In this document: piece after piece, positions 11,417 through 24,050 of the stretch
Layout of the letters: every line of letters starts with the position of its first letter
Numbering within the stretch: the first letter of the stretch is position 1
From: Takakia lepidozioides
Taxonomy: Eukaryota > Plantae > Bryophyta
Reading direction: 5' to 3'
NCBI GenBank assembly: GCA_030704615.1
Contig: CM060732.1
Coordinates: 930,001 to 994,000 of the forward strand
DNA: 64,000 nucleotides
Made by a program: the position numbers and the translations under genes
Notes under the pieces: generated by a model
Databases searched by the model: none
The model's input: only the letters and a program-made list of their open reading frames with translations
What the model was told of the DNA's origin: nothing

Positions 11417-11906
11417 TGTCACGGACATAGCCCAGAAGAACTTACCAGGAGTAAATACCAGAAGTTACCATGTTACCGAAAGTTATCATGATTTATCATA
11501 AGTTACCATAAGTTATCAAGTTACCGAGAAGTTTACCAATTACCGTGTTTAAGGAAACTTCTCCATTAAAAAACCTCCATTGGGGAAGCTTATTAGGGAA
11601 CTTCCTAGTAGCCAGTATATATAGGAGGCGCGATTAGACACTCTTCAGTCTCGCCAACACAAGTTCAAGCTACTCTTGTTCCCAGTCCCAGTACTTCAGT
11701 CCAGTTTCCAATACTCTAGTCCAGTTTCTAGTATCTGAGTATTCGAGTCGAGTTCCAGTATCTTGTACTCTTGTCCATTGTTATAAAGATCATCTTGATT
11801 CATGTTTATCCATCATGCATTCGGCCACTCCGAACTTGCAATTTCTGTAGTCTATACCTCTAGTCTGATATCTTGTTTGTGTTCAGTCATGTTCTCGTCC
11901 TTGACA
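11417..11906 (+). repeat. 3' LTR (490 bp)
   Basis: TGTCA...TGACA inverted ends, follows the PPT, internal TATATATA at 11616, short AAGTTAYC repeats. Confidence 0.85.
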
Positions 11907-12039
11907 CCTATAACAGTGGGAATAGGCATGTAAAATATGATGAAATTAGACCCAGTTGTGAAAGAAGAGCATATGGCTTCAATGAATAGGTATGACTGTC
12001 AACTGGTGACTTGTGCTACATATTGCAAATAAGACGACA

Positions 12040-12560
12040 CCATTTTGAGCGGCAATTGCCAAAGAAAAACAAAAAAAACATCCCTTGAAAGTGGTGTGCG
12101 GCACCGCACACCTCTTTCAGTGGCACCGCACACTACAACAAAACTCTAAAAAAACCCTAAAAACCCTTAAAAAATCTAAAAAATCCTTAAAACCCTAAAG
12201 AAACCCCAAAAAAAAGAAAAAAGACATCCTAAAAAGGGATGTGCGGCACCGCATACCTCTTTCAGTAGCACGCACCACTAAAAAAAAAACCCTAAAAAAC
12301 CCCCCAAAAAAAAGAAAAAATCCTGAAAAGAGGTGTGCAGCACCGCACACTAAAAAAAACCCTAAGAAAATCCTAGAAACCTTAAACAAAACCTAAAAAA
12401 CCCTTAAAATCCCCCCCCCAAAAAATCCCCTGAAAGTGGTGTGCGGCACACACCACTTCAAGGGCATATGGGGGAAAATAAAACCCCCTTAAGAACCCCC
12501 TAAGAAAACCCTAAAAACCCTAAAAACCTGAAAGAAACCCCTAATTACCCATCCACTATG
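12040..12560. repeat. A-rich/AAACCCT-rich tract with copies of a variant palindrome GGTGTGCGGCACCGCACACC
   Basis: Full or partial copies at about 12093, 12121, 12237, 12332 and 12438. Confidence 0.7.
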
Positions 12561-12928
12561 CCACCTTCCCCTGAAAACTAACTCTCATTGTCGCACTGTC
12601 ACTATCACAACAATCGGTTGGATCCTTGGCAACTGTGCTCTTCATTTAACCTTGTCACTGGCATGCCTACAGGGACATCCTGCACGCGGTTATAGGGGTA
12701 ATCTTGGCGGAAGTGCATACAGTACATTTTTGCAAAATCCTGGGGCAGCACCGCTCACGTGAGCACAGGCTCACCGCTCACGATCTAGCATCCATCATAC
12801 TAGATACTGGGGCCAACGGCGCCATAGGCTACTTTAGAGGTCGCACTTGGGCCTCCACATATGAGACGCATTTGGATACATGGGAGATTGCACTTGAACT
12901 TAGATGATACTGGACACTTGGGCCAATG

Positions 12929-15486
12929 AGTCTCCATCGGAGTCCTCTTCCTCACCCTCTACCTGCACTATCTGTTTCTGCTTCTTCGTTTTCTTGGGTG
13001 TCACAACTGCTGCTCCTTGCTGGCGAGTCCGCTTCTTGGACCCCTTCTGTTGAGCCTGCACGGCTGAATCCACCGTCTTCTGTGCCATCTCAGCTGCCTT
13101 TCTGGATTGTTCCAGAGCAGCAGCTTCCTTTGCCAACTCTGGCCGAGCAGGGACACGTCTTTCCTTTCTCTTCTCTTTTGCTTTTGCGTGCAGATCTTTC
13201 TCAGACTCGTCAACAATTTCGCCAGACATGTCCAGGTACCACGGGCATCTCGGGTGTGTAGACACAGCTTGGGCCCGCCACGGTCCAAGCCATGAAGAAC
13301 GGGGGCTCTTGAGCCAGGGCCCCTATCTAAAGAAGCACGTATTTCATATACCTGCAGGGCAGTCAGCATGCATGAACAAAAGTTGAGACCAACGTACTCA
13401 CAGAGTGCAACCGAAAACATAAAATGCGAATGCGGTGCCACATTTTCCAGACAAACCTCATTACCAGGCTTTGCATACAAGGACAGCTGGGCTTCACCTG
13501 TAAACAATTCGCATTGCAGCTTTTCCCGCTCCCTCCTGATGTGTAAACTCCACGCTCCTTCTTGCTGTCTGCAAATCCCTGGCGAAGAGGTTGTCCTTGT
13601 AAGCACATCTGAAACGTGTCACGTAGTCTTCCAATGTCTGTGTTCCATCCCATTTGACGTACAAGCCGAACGAATTTGTATGCATTACGACTTGCTCCTT
13701 CGCATTCGTCATTACCTGCGATTCCCACATGCATTGTCACGTAGCAGTTCAGGGAATTCATTTCAGAAAAGCAAATATGGGGAAGTACCTTGAATTACCT
13801 GGAACCACCAAGTCATGCGGTTGAGCCACACATCCACTGCAGGGTCGGAAACTTCGAGTGGAAAAGACCACATTGTCCTTATACTCTCTCTCGATGCATT
13901 CCAGATCGACAGCCACCGTGTCTGCCATTTTCGATCCAATGTCAGGAGCAGGAAGAAGAGTGGCTATTGCTAGGAAGGAACTTCAGTGCATTGAAACATC
14001 ACCTTCTCTTTCGCTTCAACACATGCCATTGAGAGGTGATGCAATTTCTCCAACTACATGGTCGGCTGCATGGCCCGAGAATAGTGTTTTGCAATCTCGG
14101 GGATGAAGTCCTTTCCAAGTGCCGGATCTGCAATGACCACCAGCTTCACAAGCTTTGACTTGTATTTCATTCTGGACTTGACCCCGGCTTCCTTCAAGTG
14201 CTCAGTCAATGACTGCAACGTTTGACCTGCCCCTCACTTTCCATGAAGAAGCGTTTGGCATGGGCCAAATCCAGCTTGATGTTTGACTGCCAACAAAAAC
14301 ATGCAGAAGCGTTACATTCGATTCATGTGGAAAGATTACCGGAAATTGGGGAAGGATGAGCAGAGGGAAATGGGAGGACGACTTACTTCGTATATCACCT
14401 CCACCATTCCATCCATAGTGAGACGATACCATGTCTGGTCAGTTTTTGCCACGGCTTTCTGAATGAGCTCGGGCTCCAGCATTTCCACGAACATGTGCGG
14501 ATCGGTGAGACCAGTTTTCCTCACCCTGTACAGCATATGTGCCATGTGGGTATGCACATACGCATTTTCAGTGACCCTGTAAGGCACACTCTCCAGTTCA
14601 GTCCACGAAAGCACGGAAACAAAATAGATTGGAAACCGAAATGCGGCACCGCATTTCGAACGTGCTTGGGGGTATGATATCTTACGAGTTGAGGTCCGCC
14701 ATGGCATTCTTGAGCAGGGAGAGTCTGTCCTGCCGCCTTCACCTTGAGGATGACACACTCCACCATGTAATGCCAGCCAATGTGCTTGACATGGTTCTGC
14801 TTGATGTACTCCCACCAAGCAAGAAGTCGGTGATTCCCGTCCCACACAAAGAACATTTTACCCGACATATGGCCGAAGTCGGGATCACCCTTCAGTGTTG
14901 CCTCGAATTCGTCGTTGCGAGTGTGCCAGTGGGTATCCCATGTTGACAATTCCTCCGCAGTGGGTCCACGAGATTCGCCATCCTCATTCTCAAGGGAAAC
15001 GTAGAAGGCTGGCGAACCTAAACGGTACCCTTCTCGAACTGCGAACTTGAGCTTATCCACATCTCCGGGAAGTGCCTGCCTGACGATGGGAAGGGAGACC
15101 ATGCGACAGAGTGGGATTCGAAGAGTCCGCTGGAATACCCTGCTGCCCAGAACTCTACCAATGCTACTATGTGTCTCCTCCAACATTTTATCCGCTGCAC
15201 TTTGGAATTCCTCCGAAGACATTTCTGCTGGTGGCGGCAGGGGCTAAGCAGCTTGAGCATCCCCAACTGGTGCTGCACTCTGGGGAATCTTTGCGGACAA
15301 TTCTGCAATCACAGAGGCCTCCTCCGGGCCTTCAGTGGTCAGGTCTTCCTCAACTGTGTTCAGGTCTTGCTGAGAACATTGAGAGGCAGCACCCTCCTCC
15401 GGTACCAGATCGACGGTCGATCCCATTGCCTTTGCTGCAGCAGAGACGCCCCCAACATCAGCAGGCTGGAAATCAAGCAGGAACTT
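12929..15486 (-). mobile_element. Internal fragment of the same MULE family (ParB-containing part of the cargo gene), no termini
   Basis: High colinear similarity to the reverse complement of ~37170-39740, including VWDGNHRLLAWW and the same introns. Confidence 0.9.
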
Positions 15487-17899
15487 CATTTCCCAGGAAG
15501 GAAGGTAAGCAGGACTCAAGCAAGAGATTGGGCGATCAAGAACCTAGGGGGTCCGGGAGAGCTTCTACACCAATTCTGCAATGATAAAGGCAGGGGATTC
15601 TACACACTAGAAGCATTCGTGTCATTTACCACTGGACTCATTTTGAGTCGTAAAAGTCAAAAAACTGGGATCGACTGGAAGTTACAACAGACTAGTTACA
15701 ACAGACGTGGTAGTTGGGTTGGACATCCAATGATTGGAGTGGTAAAGGACGCAGACGCGCGAACAACTGCTCAGCAATTAATGCGATTAATGCTGAAGAA
15801 CCATGTGGCGTAACCAGGCGGGCCGCCCGTGTGTCTGACCTTTTGGGCTGACTTTGACTTTTCCCTCCGGATGAGTGGACTGACTCACCCGGGGCGCGGT
15901 GACACATGGACGCGGACGTGGATGCGAACGTGGATGCCGATGTGGCGGCGCCGCGACGAGCGGCAATGCTGCCGCGTGGCCACGGCCCAAGACGCCACAT
16001 CGCAGTCGGCCACATCACTTGGAGTGTTGCATGTGACGTCGCAACAGCCACTGGTGAAGTCAACTGCACAACTTCCGGCAGACAAATCCACGGGGACCAC
16101 GTGGAGAGTGTGTGGATTGACACGTGGCGTCGTCCCCACGCAATGGCAGTGACGGGTACGACTGCTAGTGGAAAGACGCAGAGTGCTTGTGCCATCTCGG
16201 GACTGCTTTGGCCAACCCGCTGCCACTGTGCTAGTTGGTTGCACTACAGTAGGAAAGCACGAAAAATGAGCACTTGTAGTGGTTTGTGTGAGTTTCCAAC
16301 TGACCTGCATTCTAAGCTGAAAATATGGTTCTGATGCATTCTACTGGTTTTAGTGGTTCACCCATATGCAGGGGGAATTGAGAAGCAATGATACTAGGCG
16401 AGACTGAGAACACAGACCACGATGCATGCACAACATCACGCTAATGAACCAAATAGACGAGGCAACAGGGAGACCAAAGACCATCACACATACACATAGA
16501 AGGTGGACGGACACGACGACAAGTCAGGAAATGTGATATTACATTCAAATTAGAGACCGTCACGGCACACCTGCATATGAGCAAGACTAAATGCCAACAT
16601 ACATGGTTGCCGGACATCACTTAAATTGTCATGGCCCAAATGTTCAAAATTGGTAACGTGAGTATCATACACACTTCTATGAGTATCATTACACACCCAA
16701 CAGGGACTACAAGCATGAAATGTCACTTGATACTTTCACCTTTCCTATACTCTTCTCTGGCCACAGAGTCGCCGTGCCTTTCACGTGCGCTAGTGTGGTC
16801 TGGGGGGGGGGCATCGTCCACATTTGGGCAAGGCAATGTAACACTTGGAAGCATGATCTCATGGACTTTCACCTTGTACCACCCGGATCAATGTCCTTGC
16901 AGTGGAACTTGTCAACCCCGGCTATTCCCACCACTTCCCTTGGCGGCGGCTGTCTTTGACCGCTTGTCATGGGGGTTCAGGAGAAACACAGGATCTGATA
17001 TCTGCAGACGCCAACATCAGGGTCCACTCAGCAACAAACATAGCAATGACAGGGTGAAAGTCAAGCGCAGCTGGGCATGGAAACAATCTTGGTTACCACA
17101 ATACTGAATCAGTAGCCAATTCACGGTGTACCAACGTACCTTGAAGCGAAGCTCGTCGCTGAGGGTGGCAACTGAGGAAAGCTGCCCACGTGTCTTCAGC
17201 TGCAGCAGCAAAAAGAGGTTTTAGTCAACGGATAAGAATAACATGAACTCTGGTGGTTGCAATGGTATAAACACACCTCCACGAGCAAGCTAACAAACAC
17301 CCTGCTCAGACCCTAGCACTACAACTTCCTGGCAAAAAAAACCCTACTAAAAACCAGCCAGGCAAAGCAAGGAGCCATGAATGCATGCCTGGGGAACCAC
17401 GTCTTGCTGCGATGATGGTGCCGGGGACAGCCCACTCCTCTTGCTCACCTGCAATGAATACACATTGCAACGCTTCAGGAAGTGTATCCATAAAGGAAAC
17501 CAACCAAGTAAGTTTGCGGAGAGCGGCTGGGAACAACCATACCTTGGGCGCTGCCTCCTCATGCCGGGGGGGGAATCTGGAATGCTGCCGCCGTAGCACT
17601 ATGGTCGTAGGTGCAGGACCCACCTTCTTCACATTCGACCCCACTGCCACTCCCTGTACATGTGGTCCCTGCAAAACATATAGTGCCAGCCTTTGCGTGA
17701 GAGGGCATCCGGGGGGAACAAAACAAACATGGACTTTGGCTTCGATGTCATTTGCAAACAGTAAGGTTAGTTTCACCTGCATGGCGGCAGAAGTACTTCC
17801 CCCAACGACCCCATCCTCTCCCACATTCAAGCTGCCAGTCGGGGTCAGCTTCCGCGTGCTTGTGAAGACACGCACATCCTTGGAGCAAAACAAATCTTG

Positions 17900-18430
17900 G
17901 GCAGTAGGGCCAGACTGTTTCTAAAAGGTAGTCTAAATCGGGCCCTTCACTGACATTGCCAGTGACATCAAACGACAGTGGATGGACCATGTTCAAAGGG
18001 GAGTTCCCCCTCCCCTTGTGTGGTGAATCATCCACTAGGAGGGTGTTGGATTCGTTAAATCCAGAAAATTCCGACCACACCCTCGACAGTCTCTTCTGTA
18101 AGTTCTGTACGGCAGGCCCTTTTGTGGGGTGGCTCTGTCAAGGGGTCACACTCCTCTTGTGACCACACAAAGAGGGAGAACCCTTGACCCCCTGCATGAC
18201 CACTTTGAAGATGTCTGCAACATTCCCCTTGGAAGCACAGGACCATATCCCAACGTAGAAATACCGGAAGAGAAGGTTTAAAAACTCGCAGACCTGGGGC
18301 CTTGGGAAAACATACTTGTTGGTGGTCAACACCCATGGCCAATGACGCCTGGGTTGGGCTGAAAGTTAGGAATAGAGTGGCACAGGATCCCGTTCAGGTC
18401 TAGAACAATTAGTTTCGACTTTTCTATGAA
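17900..18430 (-). pseudogene. FCP1/NIF-type HAD phosphatase-like domain carried by the CACTA, frameshifted
   Basis: KLIVLDLNGILCH, YVFPRPQVCEFLNLLFRYFYVGIWSCA, VWSEFSGFNESNTLLVDDSPHKG..PLNMVHP. Confidence 0.8.
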
Positions 18431-19288
18431 AGGAGCTTTTGAAGGGTGTCACGGGGTCTCACCTCAGTGGGTTGGGAGACAACAGTCACCCCGGAGGGCA
18501 AAGTTTCGGTCCCCTGCAGCCTGGACCAGGCAAACTACCACCCTCTCCCCCTACAGCTTCCCCTTTTCCCCCATCATGAGCAATGACCCCCCCATCGTCC
18601 ATGTCATCCCCACCAACTTGCTGGACCTCTCCCTCTTCAACAAGTGGACCCTGCCCCCCACTGTGAATATCATCAACAATAGCCCGGACCTCTCACATCC
18701 CTACCCACTACACAATTACTTCCTCCTTGTCAGGTACATGGTCGCAGCAGGGGGGTCTTCCATAATGCCACCCGTCACACCCCCTTTTGCCCCATCATGA
18801 GTTCCACTATCTTCTTCAGTTGTGCTTCCATTCCCCTCTCCCGCTCCGCAGAGAGAGCCGCAAGCCTCTCCAGGGCCCCGATGCGGGCTGCCATTGAGTT
18901 CCCCGCTCCCTACGCATACAAACACCCACCCGTACTGTTAAAAACCAGAAGAAGAGGCCGAATGTGCAGGATTTCAGGCTGTACCATGCGTGGGGGCCCC
19001 ACATACCCACCAAATCTTAGTACAACAACAGATTCATGAATGGAAACCGGACTTCAAAACATACCTGGCTCAAAACAGACTCTGATGGGGTGCCAGTCGC
19101 AGCGTTCTTGCACTCCGCCCCGAGCTCGGACAGTGACGGGCTCCGCGCTTTGCGTCTTTTCTGTATTTGCCCATCCACACACTGTCAGTACAAAATGCCA
19201 GGAGCATATGGACAAAGCACTGCCCTGCATATCACATAACAACTAATTCTGCACAAGCAATAAAACCCACTCGTGGGTGTCTCTTCCA

Positions 19289-19840
19289 TCAGAACATGCC
19301 ACAACGTAAGAGCAATGAGAAGGGGGTGAGGGAGATTACCAAACGGGCTGCTTGGCCTGCAACTCCTGCCCGGCCCCAACGCGAGGGGTTCGTGACACAA
19401 GCACGCGCTTGCTTCATCCCTTCAGCCTTTGCAAGTCCACGAGGGGACTCCCAGTAGGCAACAAGCTTATCCCAATAGGCGGTTTCAGTGTTCATTGGCC
19501 TCACACCAGTCTTCGCCCATTTATCTTTCAGTTTTGCTCTTTCTCCTTTCATTATCTTCCCACATTGCTTCACTATAAAATCACGATTGGCAGGGATAGG
19601 TGTGTACTCGTACATTCCATTTATGCCCTCTATTACTGTTGACATGGCACTCTGGGACTGCTTGGTCAATGTCTTGTACGCTTGAGTCAAGGTAACGCAA
19701 TGCCAGCCACGCAAATCACGCTGCCAGTGTTCCTTACCTTCGCAGCCAGCATTGATGACTCCATTTCCATGCACCTCCACCTTGTGGCGCTTTAGCCCTG
19801 CAGCCACCCTTCCCTCTCCATCTCCTTCCCATTGTTTCAT
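19289..19840 (-). pseudogene. CACTA TnpA-like (Ptta/En/Spm, Transposase_24-type) exon
   Basis: ERAKLKDKW...RPMN....WDKLVAYWES...KAEGMKQAR....SRWGRAG pattern; divergent from TnpD inside the CACTA. Confidence 0.65.
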
Positions 19841-20699
19841 GGCATGACGTCGTTCCTTCCTCAGCTCTGATGTCCGTTTCCTGCCCCATGCTCTGGAGCA
19901 GCGCCGTCATACGTTGTGGGGGGTGACTGATGTGTGCCGGAGGGGAGGGCCGTATGGAGATGTGGGAGGCCCCCATTGTGACGTGGCAACATCAGGAAGC
20001 CAGCGCCACGACCCGAAGCAGGGGGGGCTCCCATGGTGCACTCTGTTGTGGAGACCATCCGGCAGGGGGTGGGTGCCAAGGTTGGTGTTGGTTGGCATTG
20101 TGTGGTGGCTGTGAGTGCTTTGCTGCAACTTCACTCCCCTTCCGCTGCCAAAACATCCCACACACAAGGTGCATCAGCTGTAGTCCTACTGAACACAACG
20201 TCACCAGAGCACAAACCATCCCACAACCACAACTATGGATTGGCTGACCTCAAACCCACTCCCCTGCAGCGCAAGTGCCAAAAACTGAAAAGGAGAGGGA
20301 CAGAATGTCCTCATAACATGTAAGCCCATTCATTGGTGAAGAAAAGAATGTGGGCGGGTTCACATCAGTACCACATTAAACTTACCAGGAAACAGAACAT
20401 CCATCCGGGTTTTGCACATATCCACTGGACATCTATTCACACAATCAGCAAATGGCTGTATGGCGGACCCAGCAACGGAGCCCCAAAAGGCCTAAAGACT
20501 CTCAATGTTGGTAAACAGGTGCAGACACAATTCAATTGAAAGGATATTGCAGACCTAGCCTCGTTGGAGTTATCAACGCATATAGCAAATGCGTACTCCA
20601 ACGCAGGTGCAATGACGTGACAAAGCAACATTTCCTTGAAAAACTAGTCCCTCTGCACACAGTGGTAGACCTGAAGGTTTTTCCACGATGTCCTCCCCC

Positions 20700-21840
20700 A
20701 TGACACAAATTGAAAACATGTTCAGGGATGTTTTCTGCCTAACTTCATTTTCTGCCCAATCACATCTCCTCTACGCTGATGATGTTGCCCTTTTGGCACA
20801 ATCCCCGGTCTTTCTGCAACGCCATATCAAAATTTTGGAACAGTTCTGCAACTATGGATGCAAGTCAATCTTAGCAAGACCAAGATCATGGTCTTCAATG
20901 GCCAGGCTGATCGTAGATTCATCTTCAACCAGCAGGAAATTGAGATTGTCAAATCATACCGGTACCTAGGTCTGGTTATCCACTCCCCCAAGTTTCACTT
21001 TGCAGCCACTGCCTTGACAGATTGACTAAAGGTAAGGCGGCCTCCGTCCGCCTTCACGCCAAATGCAAGCAAATACATCTGCGGCATCCCCCGACCAAAA
21101 AGTGGTTTTTGACACCGTCGTCAGCCCTGCTACCATCAATGGTTGTGAGTTCTGGGCACCTGGTGTCCCTGTCTCCTGGTGGGAAAAGAATTTGGAACCA
21201 TTACAGTCATCTTTTCTCCAAGCAATGCTTGGCGCCAGGAGCACAACTACTCCATCTCAGATCCTAGGTGCAAGTTTTGCATGTGTACCATTGCAATCCG
21301 AGGCACAGTTCAGGCTTACAATCTTTCTCCATAGATTGCAGGCCCTTCCACCCAAAGGGCTAGTGGCAAGGGCCCTCACAACATCTATGAGGCTCAAGCT
21401 GCAGGTTTCGGGAACTCCTGGTATGCTCGAGTGGACAATTTATTGAAACGTAACGGACTTTCTACTGCTTTCCTATTACCAATAAACCCCATGAGGTGGA
21501 CATCACATCCAGACATGACCGCAACAGACTCATTCGGAGAGAGCTTATGGAATTACATGTCAAGAGAACTTGGATGCTACCCAATCTCACAACAAAGCTC
21601 CACTTCTATCGGAGACATTCTGGTGGCTCCCGCGATGATAGAATCTTCAGACCAAATTACCTTTCAGCACCCTTACCTCTCCTTCCTCTGAGGGGCATTG
21701 GGCGGTTTTCAGGGTGGGTTCCCACAACCTACGGATAGAGACTGGCAGATGGGAAAACCTGCAACGGGAGGACCGCCTATGTCAGCTTGCATAGGGCGCA
21801 GCAAGGAAATTGAAACTGAAGAACACTACACTGTTATACT
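20700..21840 (+). pseudogene. Degenerate C-terminal half of a non-LTR reverse transcriptase inside the CACTA
   Basis: HLLYADDVALLA..LQRHI..LEQFC, VNLSKTKIMVF, EIVKSYRYLGL, terminal C..EIETEEH; many frameshifts. Confidence 0.75.
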
Positions 21841-24050
21841 ACGACATCCGTTTGAACAACTTTGTGGATATGTGCATCCCAGTTTCAGTTTCAGGAGAAC
21901 TCAACGCCAGAAAACAAGAACACAAGTAGGGGTAGAACTCACCTCATGCGCAGCAGTTTTTGCCGTTTGCGCACCTTTTGGAGAGACTCTGCAGATGGAG
22001 GTGCAATTTCCCTCCGAACTGTCCTCCACCTCATCGTCGTCGCCCATGCTATACTCGCTTGTGTCAAAATCCAAACTCGAAGACCGCCCACCGCTGCCTT
22101 CCCTCTCGCACCGACGCCATCTGTACCGGATTCAGTCGAGCCAGGCGGGGGCTCCTTCGCACCGCGGGGCTGGAATGTGCAGAAGTGGGAGGAGGTGATG
22201 CTGCCTTGGCGGTCAGCGCTTCTTACTAGGCGTGGACATAGACCATGACAAAGATGAAGACGAGCGAGGACATAGACCATGACCAAGACAAAGACGAGCG
22301 AGGAAGACCAAGACATGCAAAGGAGGAAAGAAGGACAAGGAGGGGAGTGTGATCACACACCCCCCCCGATCTGTAGTGAAGATCCGGCCATTGTTGATTT
22401 CAAATATGAACACGTGTCGTGCATCCGACACTATGGCCTTTTCGACTTTGAGACGTTAAACCCTAAACCACTTACAATCCTCCAGACAACTAGATGTAGT
22501 AATTCACACAACTGACATGGATCCTTTAATTTTTTTTCGTTCAAAATTAGGCGAAGGAAACACACTGCAATGATGCCGTGTATGGCTCCGCTTTACATGC
22601 ATTCTTGAGAAATGCGCATGATGTGTGAGAAGTGAACACAGTGCTCTGCCAAATGCTTCAGCAAAAACAAACTCAACTGTAGTGGTTCTCCCATCGCAGA
22701 GAAGGGTCCATTCGACACCCATCGCACCATGGGTTGAGGTCCTCACACACACACCTACACACACGAGAATTTGCGAACCCACATCAGCTGGGAGAACATG
22801 GAAATTACCCCGTGGATCACATGCAAGCATGAATGAGAAATGGGTTTATGTTACATGGGAGATTTTGGTGTACCTGCGCGACATGCAACTCTGTCTACAT
22901 ACTCCATAAGTCGCTGTCCCAAGACCCAAGTGGACAGGGGAGGCCGGTGAGTCTGTACCACAAATGGTAATCATACAGCAGAGGGTACTGCTGCCCACGT
23001 GCAAGCCGCCGGCTGCAGGATGTTAGGCATGCAAACTCGGGCACAGCACGCCTCCTCTGCACCCCACTCCGTCCCAACCAGTGCAAAACAACCGTGCATG
23101 CATTGACTGCCCTCTGGCTTTCTCTCCAGGCATTTGGGGGTCTGCGATCTGCTACACGTAAGTGTCTTTGAATGCGACGATCAAAGGATCCGGTCACTTG
23201 CAGTTGCCGTCTCAAGGGCAGCATTGCAAGAATCAGAATTAAGTAAGAAAGATGGTGGAAGAAGCTGCAAACAGCAAATGAGTGAAGTGGCAGGGCGATG
23301 CTCCATTTTTAATGCTCCCCTTCCCGCCATGGTGATAGAGCCACACAAATGGACTCCCTTTCCCGCCACGGTGCAATTTCACGGCAACGAACGGATTGTC
23401 CGCCGAAACGTGATTTGGAGATGGCCTAAGACAAGTGGCGCAGGTTCTGGCCTTGTAGTCAGGTTGTTCACACTACACATTTCATACACATTCAACCATA
23501 TGCCCAAGATCACAACGTCGTCAATCGTGAAAATTGGAATTCCACGTACGTCCTCCGATTCCTTACACACACACGAACTGTAGAGACAGGTCGTTTTCCA
23601 GATGTCGTTGTTTAAGTCGATTTTGGTCATTTCTCTCAGTGTCTTGTTGAAAAGATTCTAGTTATGATGGGAAGCATCGTGATGGCTTTTAAATGGTTTG
23701 CTGTTGAGTGTAACTTTTCATCATGTTGTGGAATCTACCGGTTGGTATAAAATGTCAATTGTCTTCTTTGCCAAAGGATGTGCGGCTGAACCTTCAAATT
23801 GAGATTGCAGGAGAGGGAATTGACGGTAGTGAAATGGGAGTGGCAGAGCCAAATTGAGGAATCTCTGCAAAGGAGAATCCGGCCCCCTGCAACGGCGTGC
23901 ACAAACAGCATTGAAGAGGCTCCCCAACAAAATGAGTTCCCCTCGCCCATGCGGAGGACTTCCAATTAATCACCCCTGTAGACAGAACACCCGAGATGAC
24001 AGGTTGTGGGAAGAGAAGTGGCACGTGCCCGAGCCCTTGGGCTTTCAAGG

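Larger units (their letters stand above)
7796..11906 (+). mobile_element. 3' half of a chromovirus (Tf2/Tcn1-like Ty3) with integrase C-terminus, chromodomain, PPT and 3' LTR; interrupted by a LINE at 8142-10422
   Basis: NYHQDNWTDLLSLAEFTYNN; RPSRKLD|YQCLGPFKI rejoined across the insertion; IHLVFYVSLLE; chromodomain EYEVDEVLDSR..LEYFVH*KSYDISERTWEP. Confidence 0.88.

Noticed and set aside
12140-12545. Interstitial telomeric repeat (AAACCCT)
   Set aside because: Scattered degenerate units in A-rich DNA, not a tandem array.
21860-23950. Additional CACTA cargo genes
   Set aside because: Only short overlapping ORFs with no recognisable motif, plus a trivial 33-bp duplication near 22236-22303.
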